NCBI GenBank assembly: GCA_902788415.1
Contig: CADAKF010000008.1
Location: 1-40,199 of the forward strand
Length of the DNA: 40,199 bases
Source of the DNA: an uncultured bacterium
GTDB lineage: Bacteria; Verrucomicrobiota; Kiritimatiellia; RFP12; UBA1067
Direction of reading: 5' to 3'
Shown piece by piece: positions 1-9,953 of this stretch. How positions within the stretch are numbered: the stretch's first letter is position 1; each line of letters opens with the position of its first letter. The notes beneath the pieces are model-generated. The model was not told the DNA's origin, did not search any database, and saw only the letters and a program-made list of their open reading frames with translations. Both the position numbers and the translations under genes were made by a program.

Positions 1-134
1 AATCTTGCATGCCGCAGGCCCGGTCCGGACGGTTCTCGATATTCTAGCCGTCTCTCAGCATCAATTCCCGAGAACACTCGTATTATATCATATTTCGCCA
101 CGTCACTTTCGCACATCGACCCGTGCAAAACAAA

Positions 135-143
135 TGTTATAAT
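135..143 (+). promoter_or_regulatory. Extended -10 promoter (TGtTATAAT), probably leaderless
   Basis: TATAAT at 138-143 lies 6 nt before ATG 150; no SD. Confidence 0.6.
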
Positions 144-149
144 ACGGAC

Positions 150-1037
150 ATGTACCACGAAGATGATTTCGCCTTTGTCGAAGGATTACTCAATGAGCAA
201 CCTTTGGACGACTTCTGCGGCTTGAGCGCAGATCAAATGTCCAAGCTGTTGCGCAATCCGTTTGAAGCGGATTGCATGACGATTTCCTATCCTGCCGACA
301 TCACGACCGACGAAGTCCCCCTGCTCAAGTTGCTCAAGCGCCTGGATGAACTGGCAACTCCTGCGCCTTTGAAGCTCTACGCATCCGGCAATCTCGCACC
401 CGAGGTTTGGTCCATGTTGCTGAAAGAGTTGCATCCCGAAGAGCACAAGCGCTGGTTTGAAATCTACAAGCGTCCGCCCTATCGTCTGTTTCTGGAACTG
501 ACCGCACTTCAGGATTTGTTGGGAATGGCCAAATTGCTCATTCCGAAACGGAAAGGATTTGCCTTAAGGACCCCTTACGACAAACGCAAGCCATGCGACT
601 GGTTCCAGCGGCTGATCGTCCCCGCCATGGATTGCTACAACTGGAACCACAGGAACCTCTACACATTCGAAGGTGACGAGGTGCAATACGAGTATGAATT
701 CTACATCATCTATCTCGTCTCGTTGACCAAGGGTGAATTCCAAGCGGGCGAGATTTCGGAGCAATGGAAGACTGCTTTTGAAACTGGTTCAAAAATATAT
801 GACCCCTACGCGATCTTACGCATGCTTGAATTCTTTGGCCTGACAAAATCGATGCACGACGGCATCATCAGAGGTCCCTATGTGAAAACACCTCTCTTTG
901 ATCGCGTGTTCAAATTCACACCCGCCGCACCTTTCGATCCGATGGTTCGCATCAAAAATCACGCGCAGAACCCCGCCCGCCAGAAGGAGCTTGCCAACTT
1001 ATACAGGCAGCTCAACGAGACTCGCGGCCTTCGCTAA
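150..1037 (+). CDS. Hypothetical protein
   Basis: Long ORF (123..1037 in track); ATG 150 preferred because of the adjacent -10 box; no family recognised. Confidence 0.75.
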   Translation: MYHEDDFAFVEGLLNEQPLDDFCGLSADQMSKLLRNPFEADCMTISYPADITTDEVPLLKLLKRLDELATPAPLKLYASGNLAPEVWSMLLKELHPEEHKRWFEIYKRPPYRLFLELTALQDLLGMAKLLIPKRKGFALRTPYDKRKPCDWFQRLIVPAMDCYNWNHRNLYTFEGDEVQYEYEFYIIYLVSLTKGEFQAGEISEQWKTAFETGSKIYDPYAILRMLEFFGLTKSMHDGIIRGPYVKTPLFDRVFKFTPAAPFDPMVRIKNHAQNPARQKELANLYRQLNETRGLR

Positions 1038-1054
1038 CATGTTCCAATAAATCT

Positions 1055-1083
1055 TGCAACGGAAGGTCTGACCTTCTGTTGCA
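1055..1083. repeat. Inverted repeat / hairpin
   Basis: tgcaacggaagg-tctga-ccttctgttgca. Confidence 0.5.
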
Positions 1084-1088
1084 TGTTC

Positions 1089-1124
1089 AAAAGAAAGCCG
1101 CGGCAAAACTGCCGCGGCTTCTTT
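1089..1124. terminator. Bidirectional intrinsic terminator between convergent ORF150 and rplO
   Basis: aagccgcggca-aaac-tgccgcggctt flanked by A-rich and T-rich runs. Confidence 0.8.
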
Positions 1125-1145
1125 ATAGGCTGTTCAGCCAAAGGG

Positions 1146-1583
1146 TTAGGCGACGGAGCCGCCGGCCTTCTCGATCTTCGCCTTGGCGGAGGCCGAACAG
1201 GGGACCTTCACGGTGAACTTCTTCGTGAGCTCGCCGTTGCCGAGGATCTTGATCTTCGGCTGCTTGTTGTCCGTGAAGCCCGCCTTCGCGAGCGTCTCGA
1301 CCGTAATCTCGGCGCCGGCTTCGAACTTCTTCTCGAGGTCCGAAACATTGACGGCGAGAGCCTTAGCATTGAACGCGGCGTTGTTGAAGCCGCGCTTGGG
1401 CAAGCGGCGGACCAAAGGCATCTGACCACCTTCGAACAGCAGCTTATGCTTATGGCCTTTACGGGACTGCTGGCCCTTCTGGCCCTTGCAGGACGTCTTG
1501 CCCATGCCCGAGCCACAGCCGCGGCCGACGCGCTTCCGGCGCTCGCGGGCGCCAGGGGTGTTAGTAAGAGAATTGAGTTCCAT
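1146..1583 (-). CDS. rplO: 50S ribosomal protein L15
   Basis: RVGRGCGSGMGKT, FEGGQMPLVRRLPKRGF motifs; operon position. Confidence 0.98.
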   Translation of the reverse strand: MELNSLTNTPGARERRKRVGRGCGSGMGKTSCKGQKGQQSRKGHKHKLLFEGGQMPLVRRLPKRGFNNAAFNAKALAVNVSDLEKKFEAGAEITVETLAKAGFTDNKQPKIKILGNGELTKKFTVKVPCSASAKAKIEKAGGSVA

Positions 1584-1637
1584 GATGGAAATTTCCTTTC
1601 TTCTTATTGAAGCGGAAAGGATTCCGCTTCTCCACTG

Positions 1638-2129
1638 TTACGCACGGACCGCGGCGATCTCTTCCGCCGAGCGGAGCTTCGAGAGCGCGTTCAGCGTGGC
1701 CTTGACCACGTTGAGGCGGTTCTTGGAGCCGAGCGACTTGCCGACCGCGTCACGGATGCCGACCGCCTCGAGGACGGGGCGCATGCCGCCGCCGACGATC
1801 AGGCCCTTACCATCCGGGGCCGGCTTCAGAATCACGCGACCACCGTCGCAGACGCCTTCGACGTCGTGCGGAATGGTCTTGCCCTTGAGAGTGACCTTGT
1901 GCATGTCCTTGCGGGCCGCCTCGCCACCCTTGCGGATCGCATCGGCGACTTCGTTGGCCTTGCCGAATCCGAGGCCGACCTTGCCCTCCTTGTCACCGAC
2001 GACGATGACGGCGGAGAAGCTCATGCGGCGGCCGCCCTTGACGGTCTTGGCGCAGCGGTTGATGAACACTGTGTGTTCGTCGAGATCGTCTCCCTGGTCC
2101 TGGGGGCGCTTGTCACGATTGAAAGCCAT
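1638..2129 (-). CDS. rpsE: 30S ribosomal protein S5
   Basis: INRCAKTVKGGRRMSFSA, GFGKANEV motifs. Confidence 0.98.
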   Translation of the reverse strand: MAFNRDKRPQDQGDDLDEHTVFINRCAKTVKGGRRMSFSAVIVVGDKEGKVGLGFGKANEVADAIRKGGEAARKDMHKVTLKGKTIPHDVEGVCDGGRVILKPAPDGKGLIVGGGMRPVLEAVGIRDAVGKSLGSKNRLNVVKATLNALSKLRSAEEIAAVRA

Positions 2130-2131
2130 GA

Positions 2132-2491
2132 TTACTTATCCTCCTTCTTCGCGCTGATGGCGAGGCCCGCTTCAACGGCTGCTTCGACGATGGCCGCGAC
2201 GCGGCCCGTGTACTTGTTGCCGCCGCGGTCGACGACCACGATCGAGATGCCCGCGGCCTTCGCGGCCTCGGCAGCCTTCGCGCCGAGAGCCTTGGCAACC
2301 GCGAGGTTGGCCTTCTCGTCCTTGAGGCTGTTCGCCTGGGCGAGGGTCTTCTGCGCGTCGTCGTCGATGAACTGGACGTACATGTTCTTGTTCGTGACGC
2401 AGATCGACATGCGCGGACGCGCCGCGGTGCCGATCACGCGCTGACGGAGGCGAAGATGCCTCTTCTGACGCTGAACTTTGCGATTGAACAT
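2132..2491 (-). CDS. rplR: 50S ribosomal protein L18
   Basis: GTAARPRMS, YVQFIDD, DRGGNKYTGRV. Confidence 0.97.
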   Translation of the reverse strand: MFNRKVQRQKRHLRLRQRVIGTAARPRMSICVTNKNMYVQFIDDDAQKTLAQANSLKDEKANLAVAKALGAKAAEAAKAAGISIVVVDRGGNKYTGRVAAIVEAAVEAGLAISAKKEDK

Positions 2492-2514
2492 AATTCGTTC
2501 TCCTTACGCCGCGA

Positions 2515-3051
2515 TTAGGCGACCTTCTTGCCCTGTTTGCGGCGGATGTGCTCGCCGACGTACTTGATGCCCTTGCCCTTGTAGGGTTCGGCCGGATAGT
2601 ACGAGCGGATGCGGGCGGCGGCTTCGCCGACCATCTGCTTGTCGATGCCCTTGACGGTCACCTGAAGTCCGTCGTTCTCGACCGTCACCGTCAGACCCTC
2701 GGGGATCGTGAAGATCTTCGGGGAGGCGAAGCCCAGCGTCAGCGCGAGCTCCTTGCCCTTGACGACGGCCTTGAAGCCGGTGCCCTCAATGGAGAGCTGC
2801 TTCTGGTAGCCAGCGGACACGCCGATCACATTGGCGTTGATCAGCGCGCGGGCGAGGCCGTGGAAGTTGCCGAGATTGTAGTCGTCGGCGCACTCGACGA
2901 TAATGTTACCGTCCTCCACCTTCGCCGTGATGCCGTCATGCATCGTATAGGAAAGCTCGCCGAGCTTCCCCTTGACCGTCACCTTCTGACCCGCGATCGT
3001 GGCCGTGACGCCATCCGCGAGCTTGACGGGTTCTTTACCGATTCGAGACAT
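2515..3051 (-). CDS. rplF: 50S ribosomal protein L6
   Basis: MSRIGKEP, PAEPYKGKGIKY. Confidence 0.98.
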   Translation of the reverse strand: MSRIGKEPVKLADGVTATIAGQKVTVKGKLGELSYTMHDGITAKVEDGNIIVECADDYNLGNFHGLARALINANVIGVSAGYQKQLSIEGTGFKAVVKGKELALTLGFASPKIFTIPEGLTVTVENDGLQVTVKGIDKQMVGEAAARIRSYYPAEPYKGKGIKYVGEHIRRKQGKKVA

Positions 3052-3066
3052 TGTCCTTGCTCCTAA

Positions 3067-3459
3067 TTAAGCGACAGTGCAAATGAGTTCTCCGCCGACC
3101 TTCGCCTTCTTCGCCTCCGCGCCGGACATAATGCCCTTGGAGGTGGAGAGGATGGCGAGGCCCATGCCGTCGAGGACGGCCGGGATCTCGGGGACCGAAA
3201 CGAATTTCCGGAGACCGGGCTTCGAGATGCGCTTCAACTCGGTGATGGCGGGAACCGCCTTCGCCGTGTACTTGAGCGTGATCACGAGCTTCTTCGGGAA
3301 TTCGGACGTCGTGACGCAGTCGGCGATGTAGCCGGCTTCCTTCATGACGCGGGCGATCTCGCCCTTGAGATTGCTGGCAGGCGTCTGCACGGAGAAAAGG
3401 CGAGCCTTCAGTCCGTTGCGGATCGTCGTGAGCATATCGGAAATGGGATCGATAGTCAT
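3067..3459 (-). CDS. rpsH: 30S ribosomal protein S8
   Basis: DPISDMLTTIRN, SKPGLR, STSKGIM, GGELIC. Confidence 0.98.
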   Translation of the reverse strand: MTIDPISDMLTTIRNGLKARLFSVQTPASNLKGEIARVMKEAGYIADCVTTSEFPKKLVITLKYTAKAVPAITELKRISKPGLRKFVSVPEIPAVLDGMGLAILSTSKGIMSGAEAKKAKVGGELICTVA

Positions 3460-3480
3460 TTCGTTGATTCCTTTCCTAGA

Positions 3481-3666
3481 TTACCACGAGGCCTTGGTGA
3501 CGCCGGGGATGAGGCCGGCGACCGCGAGTTCGCGGAAGCAGAGACGGCAGACGCCGAACTTGCGCAGATACGCGTGACGGCGGCCGCAACGCTGGCAGCG
3601 GTTGTAGGCACGCACCTTGAACTTGGGCGTCTTGTGCTGCTTTTCGATAAGACACTGCTTAGCCAT
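3481..3666 (-). CDS. rpsN: 30S ribosomal protein S14, Zn-binding short form
   Basis: 61 aa, CQRC...[15 protein letters not shown]. Confidence 0.98.
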   Translation of the reverse strand: MAKQCLIEKQHKTPKFKVRAYNRCQRCGRRHAYLRKFGVCRLCFRELAVAGLIPGVTKASW

Positions 3667-3668
3667 GA

Positions 3669-4202
3669 TTAGTTCCTCCCTGCGAACGGCATGCCCATGG
3701 AGTTCAAGAGCTCCTTGCAGGCCTTGTTGTCAGACGAGCTGGTCACGAACGTGATGTCCATGCCGGAATGAGCGGACGACTCCACGAGTTCCGGAAAGAT
3801 CGTGTGCTCCTTGATGCCGAGCGTGTAGTTGCCGGCGCCGTCGAAGCCACGGTTCGGAACGCCGCGGAAGTCGCGGATGCGGGGGAGCGCGGCGCTGATG
3901 AGGCGCTCGGCGAATTCCCACATGCGGTCGCCGCGGAGGGTCACCTTCGCGCCGATCACCATGCCTTCGCGCAGCTTGAAGTTCGAGATGGACTTCTTCG
4001 CCTTGCAGAGCATGGGCTTCTGGCCGGTGATCGCCGCCAGGTCGTCGACGAGGGTCTTCTGCTCGTCCTTGGTGACGATGCCGAAGCCCATGTTGATGAC
4101 GATCTTCTGAAGGCGGGGAACGAGCATCTTGTTGGTGATTCCGAGCTTCTTCTCAAGCTCGGCCACCATGCGGCTCGCGTATTCGTCTTTGAGTCTTGCC
4201 AT
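3669..4202 (-). CDS. rplE: 50S ribosomal protein L5
   Basis: [22 protein letters not shown]; true start MARLK at 4202 with AAGGA SD. Confidence 0.97.
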   Translation of the reverse strand: MARLKDEYASRMVAELEKKLGITNKMLVPRLQKIVINMGFGIVTKDEQKTLVDDLAAITGQKPMLCKAKKSISNFKLREGMVIGAKVTLRGDRMWEFAERLISAALPRIRDFRGVPNRGFDGAGNYTLGIKEHTIFPELVESSAHSGMDITFVTSSSDNKACKELLNSMGMPFAGRN

Positions 4203-4219
4203 GATGTTTCGTTCCTTCC

Positions 4220-4531
4220 TTAGAGGGCCTTGCCGCTCTTGACCGAGACGCGAGCTTTCTTGCCGTCCTTCTCGCCCGTCTTGACACGGGTGCCGCACTT
4301 CTTGTCGGCGTCGTAGGGCATCAGCTTGCAGAGACGAATCGGGAGCTCCTTGTCAATCAGGCCGCCGGCCGTCTTCTCGGTGCGGCGCATCGCCTTCTTG
4401 TGGACGTTCAGGCCGCCTACGATCGCGGTGCCCTTCTTCGGGTTCACGCTCATCACCGTACCCGTCTTGCCCGCGTCATTGCCGCAGGTGACGATCACGG
4501 CGTCGTTCTTCTTGATTCTTGCGATAGCCAT
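4220..4531 (-). CDS. rplX: 50S ribosomal protein L24
   Basis: KOW motif IKKNDAVIVTCGNDAGKTG; operon position. Confidence 0.96.
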   Translation of the reverse strand: MAIARIKKNDAVIVTCGNDAGKTGTVMSVNPKKGTAIVGGLNVHKKAMRRTEKTAGGLIDKELPIRLCKLMPYDADKKCGTRVKTGEKDGKKARVSVKSGKAL

Positions 4532-4546
4532 TTTCAGTACTCCTTA

Positions 4547-4912
4547 TCAGACCACTTCCGGGGCCATCGAGAGGATCTTCATGTAGTTCTTGTCGCGGAG
4601 CTCGCGGGCGACCGGTCCGAACACGCGGGTGCCGATCGGGTTGAGCTTCGAGTCGACCAGGACGCACGCGTTCTGGTCGAAGTGAACCGTGGAGCCGTCC
4701 GCACGCCGGATCGGATTGCCCGTCCGGATGATGACGGCCGTCGCGACCGAACCCTTCTTGATGTTGGAGGTCGGCGACGCTTCCTTGATGGCGACGCGGA
4801 TGACGTCACCGAGGTGAGCGTACTCCTTGCGCTGCTTCAGGATGCGGAAGCACATGGCGCGCTTGGCGCCCGTGTTATCCGCGACAACGAGATTCGAGAG
4901 TTCTTGCAACAT
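4547..4912 (-). CDS. rplN: 50S ribosomal protein L14
   Basis: VADNTGAK, GTRVFGPVARELR, APEV. Confidence 0.98.
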   Translation of the reverse strand: MLQELSNLVVADNTGAKRAMCFRILKQRKEYAHLGDVIRVAIKEASPTSNIKKGSVATAVIIRTGNPIRRADGSTVHFDQNACVLVDSKLNPIGTRVFGPVARELRDKNYMKILSMAPEVV

Positions 4913-4924
4913 GTTCGAGTCTCC

Positions 4925-5179
4925 TTACTTCGCGACGATGCGCCAGCGCTTGGTGGCGCTCATCGGACGGGTTTCCATGATGGAGACCGTGTCTCCGACC
5001 TTCGCCGTGTCGGCCTCGTCGTGCACATGATACTTCTTCGTGCGCGTGACGACCTTGCCGTACACGGGGTGGATCTCGCGGTACGAGACCACGACGACCA
5101 CGCTCTTCGCGCCCATCTTGGACGCGACGACGCCCTTGCGCACCTTGCGCGCGCCGCGATTATTGGTTTCCGTGCTCAT
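4925..5179 (-). CDS. rpsQ: 30S ribosomal protein S17
   Basis: GVVASKM, HPVYGK, GDTVSIMETRPMSATKRW. Confidence 0.98.
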   Translation of the reverse strand: MSTETNNRGARKVRKGVVASKMGAKSVVVVVSYREIHPVYGKVVTRTKKYHVHDEADTAKVGDTVSIMETRPMSATKRWRIVAK

Positions 5180-5601
5180 TAGATCTTAACTCCTGCGCGG
5201 GTGACAAACTTCGTGTGAATGCCGATCTTGGTCGCCGCGAGACGGAGGCACTCCTTCGCGACTTCCTCGCTGACACCGCCGACCTCGAAGAGCATCTTGC
5301 CGGGGAGGATGACGGCCGCCCAGAACTCCGGGTTACCCTTTCCTCCGCCCATACGCACTTCGATCGGCTTGCGCGTGACGGGGCGGTCGGGGAAGATGCG
5401 GATCCAGAGCTTTCCCTTGCGCTTCATCTCGCGGTTGATCGCCACACGGCACGCCTCAATCTGGGTGGCCGTCAGAAGACCGCGCGTCAGCGCCTTCAGG
5501 CCGAACTCGCCGTACGCGAGCTCCGCGCCCGAAGTGGCGTAACCGGAACGGTTACCCTTGGAGACCTTGCGGTGCTTGACTCTCTTAGGCATCAAAGGCA
5601 T
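5179..5601 (-). CDS. rplP: 50S ribosomal protein L16
   Basis: [26 protein letters not shown]. Confidence 0.98.
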   Translation of the reverse strand: MPLMPKRVKHRKVSKGNRSGYATSGAELAYGEFGLKALTRGLLTATQIEACRVAINREMKRKGKLWIRIFPDRPVTRKPIEVRMGGGKGNPEFWAAVILPGKMLFEVGGVSEEVAKECLRLAATKIGIHTKFVTRAGVKI

Positions 5602-5604
5602 ATC

Positions 5605-6303
5605 TTACCTCGCTTCCTTGCGGTCTCCGCGCTCGCGGCGCTCGCCGCGACGGCCCTCGCTCCGGGGAGCGCGCGCCTGGAAACCTTCCTTCTTGCAGAT
5701 CCACACCTTGATGCCGATCTTGCCGGCCGTGGTGTTGGCTTCTGCGAAACCGTAATCGATGTTCGCACGGAGCGTGTGCAGCGGCACCTTGCCCTCGCGA
5801 GCCCACTCGACGCGCGCGATTTCCGCGCCGTTGATGCGGCCGCCCGCCTTGACCTTGATGCCGTCGACACCCATGTCCATCGCCACCTTCATGGCGCGCT
5901 TCATCGCGCGCTTGAGCATGATGCGGCGCTCGAGTTGCTGGGCAATCGACTCGGCGACGAGCTGCGCGTCGGCATCGGCACCCTGAACCTCCTTGATCTC
6001 GAGATAGACTTCCTTCTTGGTCATCTTCTCGAGCTTGGCGCGAATCGCCTCAACGTCATCGCCCTTGCGGCCGATGATCACGCCCGGACGGGCGCTGAAC
6101 AGCGTGACGCGCACGCGGTTCGCATAGCGCTCGATCAGGATCTTCGAGATTCCCGCCTCGGCGAGCTGCTTCTTGCAGGTCTCGCGGATCTTCTGGTCCT
6201 CAACGAGGAGGGCCCCGAAGGTCTTCTTGGGCGCGAACCAACGGCTGCCCCAGGCGTGATTCACGCCGACGCGGAAGCCGATCGGATTAACTTTCTGTCC
6301 CAT
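5605..6303 (-). CDS. rpsC: 30S ribosomal protein S3
   Basis: [22 protein letters not shown]. Confidence 0.98.
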   Translation of the reverse strand: MGQKVNPIGFRVGVNHAWGSRWFAPKKTFGALLVEDQKIRETCKKQLAEAGISKILIERYANRVRVTLFSARPGVIIGRKGDDVEAIRAKLEKMTKKEVYLEIKEVQGADADAQLVAESIAQQLERRIMLKRAMKRAMKVAMDMGVDGIKVKAGGRINGAEIARVEWAREGKVPLHTLRANIDYGFAEANTTAGKIGIKVWICKKEGFQARAPRSEGRRGERRERGDRKEAR

Positions 6304-6304
6304 A

Positions 6305-6670
6305 TTACTTTGCTCCCTTCTTGGCCTTCTTCTGGACCTCGTCAGTCAGAACGACCTTGCAATGGCACATGCGACGGGCGATTGGATGGGCCGAACCGCG
6401 GGCCGTGGGCCAGTAGCGCTTCATGCGGACGGACTCGTCGAGGACGCAGAGCTTGACCGTGAGGTCGCCCGCTTCCTTGACGCCGTTGTTGTTGGCCGCG
6501 TTCGCGACCGCGCTCAGGATCGTCTTCTTGATGATCACCGCCGCTTTCTTCGGCGAGAACTCGACGACCTTCAGCGCCTCCGAGGCCTTAAGGCCCTGGC
6601 AGGAACGCGCGAGCGGACGGCCCTTGGCCGCCGACATGCGTGCGTTACGGGTGATGGCTGTAACTTCCAT
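6305..6670 (-). CDS. rplV: 50S ribosomal protein L22
   Basis: [19 protein letters not shown]; position between rpsS and rpsC. Confidence 0.96.
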   Translation of the reverse strand: MEVTAITRNARMSAAKGRPLARSCQGLKASEALKVVEFSPKKAAVIIKKTILSAVANAANNNGVKEAGDLTVKLCVLDESVRMKRYWPTARGSAHPIARRMCHCKVVLTDEVQKKAKKGAK

Positions 6671-6681
6671 TGTCTATCCCC

Positions 6682-6963
6682 TTACTTGGCCGCGACCTTG
6701 GCGGCGGAGTTGCCGTGCGCCTTGAACGTGCGCGTCGGGGCGAATTCGCCGAGACGGTGGCCGACCATGTTTTCCGTGATGAAGATCGGCATGTGCTGCC
6801 GTCCATTGTGAATCGCGAACGTGAGCCCGACGAAGTCCGGGAGGACCATCGAACGACGGCTCCACGTCTTGATCGGCTGCTTCTTGCCGCTCGCCTGCAT
6901 CTTCTCGACCTTGCGGAGGAGGCTCTCCTCGACATAAGGTCCCTTCTTGAGAGAACGTGCCAT
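6682..6963 (-). CDS. rpsS: 30S ribosomal protein S19
   Basis: [28 protein letters not shown]. Confidence 0.98.
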   Translation of the reverse strand: MARSLKKGPYVEESLLRKVEKMQASGKKQPIKTWSRRSMVLPDFVGLTFAIHNGRQHMPIFITENMVGHRLGEFAPTRTFKAHGNSAAKVAAK

Positions 6964-6966
6964 CTG

Positions 6967-7791
6967 TTATTTCCTCCGCTTGACAATGACCTTGTTCGAG
7001 GCCTTCCGCTTCGCGCGGGTCTTGCCGCCCTTCGCGAGCTGGCCCCACGGCGAGCACGGATTGGTGCCGCCGGACGTACGGCCTTCGCCGCCGCCCATCG
7101 GGTGGTCGACCGGGTTCATCGCCACGCCGCGCACCGTCGGGCGAATGCCCATGTAGCGCTTGCGTCCGGCCTTGCCGAGCTTGATCGAAGCCCAGTCCTT
7201 GTTGCCGACCGAGCCGACGACCGCGAGACAGCGCCCGTCAAACTGGCGGACTTCGCCCGAGGGCATCTTCAGCGTCACGACGTTGCCGTCGCGCGCCATG
7301 ACCTGGCAGGCGTTGCCGGCCGAACGGCCGATCTTCGCGCCCTGGCCCGGAACGAGCTCGATTGCGTGCACGAACAGCCCGAGCGGAATCTGGACGAGCG
7401 GAAGGCAGTTGCCCACCGTCGCCTCGGCCTTCGGCCCGTTCATCACCTTCATGCCCTGTTTGAGGCCTTCCGGCGCGAGGATGTAGCTCTTCTGCCCGTC
7501 GGCGTACTCGATGAGGGCGAGGTAGGCGCTGCGGGTCGGATCATAGGCGATGTCCTTGACGGTCGCCTCGACGCCAAACTTGTTGCGCTTGAAGTCGACG
7601 ATGCGCATGCGCTGCTTCACGCCGCCGCCGTGATGACGGCAGGTGATCTTGCCCTGGTTGTTGCGGCCCGCGGTCTTGCGGACGGCCTTCGTCAGGGACT
7701 TCACCGGCTTCTTCTCGGTGATCTCCTCGAACGTGGCGGACTCGCGGAAGCGCATGCCGCACGAACGGGCTTTGTAAGTCTTCAGTGCCAT
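6967..7791 (-). CDS. rplB: 50S ribosomal protein L2
   Basis: GRNNQGKIT, YDPTRSA, RGVAMNPVDHPMGGGEG. Confidence 0.99.
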   Translation of the reverse strand: MALKTYKARSCGMRFRESATFEEITEKKPVKSLTKAVRKTAGRNNQGKITCRHHGGGVKQRMRIVDFKRNKFGVEATVKDIAYDPTRSAYLALIEYADGQKSYILAPEGLKQGMKVMNGPKAEATVGNCLPLVQIPLGLFVHAIELVPGQGAKIGRSAGNACQVMARDGNVVTLKMPSGEVRQFDGRCLAVVGSVGNKDWASIKLGKAGRKRYMGIRPTVRGVAMNPVDHPMGGGEGRTSGGTNPCSPWGQLAKGGKTRAKRKASNKVIVKRRK

Positions 7792-7805
7792 AGTGATCAG
7801 TCTCC

Positions 7806-8108
7806 TTACGCGAGCTCGATGCGCTCGCCTTCCTTGACGGTGACGACCGCCTTCTTCCAGGTCGCCTCAGTCGTCGCACGGCGCGTACCGCGGACATACT
7901 TGAGACCACCCTTCATGTTGGCGGTGCGGACGGCGAGGACGTGGACGCCGAAGGCCTTCTCGGCCATCGCCGCGATCTGCGGCTTGCGGGCGTCGGGAGC
8001 GACCTCGAGGAGATAGCGGTTCTCCGTGGAGAGACGCGATCCCTTTTCGGTAATCAGCACGTTCAGGATGACCCCGTTCGTGTTCTTCTTCAGTTCTGCT
8101 TTCGTCAT
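7806..8108 (-). CDS. rplW: 50S ribosomal protein L23
   Basis: ITEK, AFGVHVLAVRT, WKKAVVT. Confidence 0.95.
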   Translation of the reverse strand: MTKAELKKNTNGVILNVLITEKGSRLSTENRYLLEVAPDARKPQIAAMAEKAFGVHVLAVRTANMKGGLKYVRGTRRATTEATWKKAVVTVKEGERIELA

Positions 8109-8121
8109 GGCTTACCTCTCC

Positions 8122-8715
8122 TTACTTGGCAATGCGCGCCATGAGGGCGTCAAAACCGGCCTTGTCGCAGACGAGCTTACGGTTCGCGAGAACCATATAG
8201 ACATCCATCGCCTGGGCCGTCGAATAATCGACCTTCGGAAGGTTCGAGGTGACGAGGACGACCGTGTCGTCAACGTCCTTCTGGACGATGCACGCCGTGC
8301 GGTCGACGCCGAGCTCCTTGAGGAGCTTCGCCATCAGCTTCGTCTTCGGCGCCTCGAACTCGAACTTGTCGACGACAATCACGTCACCGGCGACGAGCTT
8401 GTCGGAAAACGCACGCGCGAACGCGAGCGACCAGACCTTCTTGTTGAGCTTCGTCTCGTAGGAGCGCGGCTTCGGGCCGTGCGCCACGCCGCCGCCGCGC
8501 CACACCGGGCTCTGGCGGAAACCGGCACGGGCGTTACCCGTCCCCTTCTGCTTCCACGGCTTCTTGTTGGAGCCGGCGACCTCGCCCTTGCCCTTCGTGC
8601 ACGCCGTGCCGGCGCGCATCGCGTTGCGAATGGCGGTCACCGCATCCTTGACGGCCTGCGCGCCCTTGTCAAGCGTCAGCTGGGCCTTGTCAAAGGTAGC
8701 TTCGATCTTCTTCAT
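8122..8715 (-). CDS. rplD: 50S ribosomal protein L4
   Basis: KPWKQKGTGNARAG, WRGGGVAHGPKPR. Confidence 0.98.
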   Translation of the reverse strand: MKKIEATFDKAQLTLDKGAQAVKDAVTAIRNAMRAGTACTKGKGEVAGSNKKPWKQKGTGNARAGFRQSPVWRGGGVAHGPKPRSYETKLNKKVWSLAFARAFSDKLVAGDVIVVDKFEFEAPKTKLMAKLLKELGVDRTACIVQKDVDDTVVLVTSNLPKVDYSTAQAMDVYMVLANRKLVCDKAGFDALMARIAK

Positions 8716-8717
8716 AA

Positions 8718-9368
8718 TTACTTAGCCCCCTTCTTCACGTTGTTCTTGAGGGACTTGCGGACAATCACGATGCCGTTGCGGGCACCCGGAATCGAGCCCT
8801 TGACGAGGAGCGCATTGTCCTCCTCGCGGACCGCCACGACCTCAAGGTTCATCGCCTTGCGGTTGACGTCACCCATGTGGCCAGGCATCTTCTTGCCCTT
8901 CTCGATCCAACCCGGGAGGTCACGCGCGGCAAGACCGCCGGTGCGACGCTTCGAGTGGCCGCCGTGCGTCATGTTGCCGCCCGCGAAGAGGTAACGCTTC
9001 AGCACACCGGCGAAGCCCTTGCCCTTCGTGACGCCCGTGACGTCGACGTACTTGACGCCTTCGAAATTCTTGACCGTGACCTTGTCGCCCACCTTGAGCT
9101 CCTTGTCACCGTCCTCCAGCGCGAACTCCTTCAGGACCTTCATCGTCTCGACGCCGGCCTTCTCGAAATGCTTCTGCTGGGCCTTGGCGAGACGCTGCTT
9201 CTTCTGCGCGCCGAAACCGACCTGAGCCGCGACGTAGCCGTCGTTCTCGAGGGTCTTGAGCTGAACGACCGGGCACGGGCCGACCTCGATAACCGTCACG
9301 CAGGTGCGGTTACCCTCGGCGTCGAACACCTGGGTCATTCCGATCTTCTTACCGATCAAACCTTCCAT
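8718..9368 (-). CDS. rplC: 50S ribosomal protein L3
   Basis: GKKIGMTQVF, TKGKGFAG, KKMPGHMG. Confidence 0.98.
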   Translation of the reverse strand: MEGLIGKKIGMTQVFDAEGNRTCVTVIEVGPCPVVQLKTLENDGYVAAQVGFGAQKKQRLAKAQQKHFEKAGVETMKVLKEFALEDGDKELKVGDKVTVKNFEGVKYVDVTGVTKGKGFAGVLKRYLFAGGNMTHGGHSKRRTGGLAARDLPGWIEKGKKMPGHMGDVNRKAMNLEVVAVREEDNALLVKGSIPGARNGIVIVRKSLKNNVKKGAK

Positions 9369-9380
9369 GACACCCTCCTA

Positions 9381-9689
9381 TCAGACCTTGATGGTGATGT
9401 CGACGCCAGCCGGAAGGTTGAGCTTCTTGAGCTCATCGATCGTCTGCGCGGTCGGATTGACGATGTCGAGAAGACGCTTGTGCGTGCGCATCTCAAACTG
9501 GTCCATGGACTTCTTGTCGACGTTCGGCGAACGGTTCACCGTGAAACGCTCGACGCGGGTCGGCAGCGGGATCGGGCCCACCACCTGCGCACCCGTGCCC
9601 CGGGCCGTGTCGATGATGCCACCGACGGCCTGATCCAGCACACGATGATCGTATGCCTGGAGGCGGATGCGGACTCTCTGCTGTTGCAT
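9381..9689 (-). CDS. rpsJ: 30S ribosomal protein S10
   Basis: [25 protein letters not shown]. Confidence 0.98.
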   Translation of the reverse strand: MQQQRVRIRLQAYDHRVLDQAVGGIIDTARGTGAQVVGPIPLPTRVERFTVNRSPNVDKKSMDQFEMRTHKRLLDIVNPTAQTIDELKKLNLPAGVDITIKV

Positions 9690-9948
9690 TTACCTTTTTC
9701 CTTTTTGTGTTTCAGTTTGAACTGTGCCTCTACGGTCGCGATATCCGCGCGCAAGGCTCACCTTTTCGAGTCTTGTTGGCGCGGGAGGCCCGTGTTGCAG
9801 CACCTCGCTCGCGACTGGGTTTCGGCCCAGTAACCCTCGCAAAATGAAGCCGCTCGCGGTCGTCGTAACCGCGAGCGATTTTCACTCAACAGTCACGACG
9901 CGGCAAGATCTACCTGCCCGTATCGCAACCTCTTCTTGCGAAGATTGG
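9690..9948 (-). ncRNA. Long structured 5' leader of the S10 operon (candidate r-protein leader)
   Basis: Several hairpins between the promoter and rpsJ, e.g. cgctcgcggt/accgcgagcg and actggg/cccagt. Confidence 0.45.
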
Positions 9949-9953
9949 AGCAT

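Noticed and set aside
1-80. TPP riboswitch (GCTGAGA on the minus strand)
   Set aside because: The downstream conserved core (CCTGAT...GCGTAGG) is not present in the available sequence
1083-9833. Long plus-strand ORFs opposite the ribosomal protein genes (e.g. 5215..6456, 6670..8016)
   Set aside because: Antisense shadow frames caused by high GC3 codon bias; no motifs or SD; the same applies opposite hcp, the helicase, paaK, clpB and accA/D
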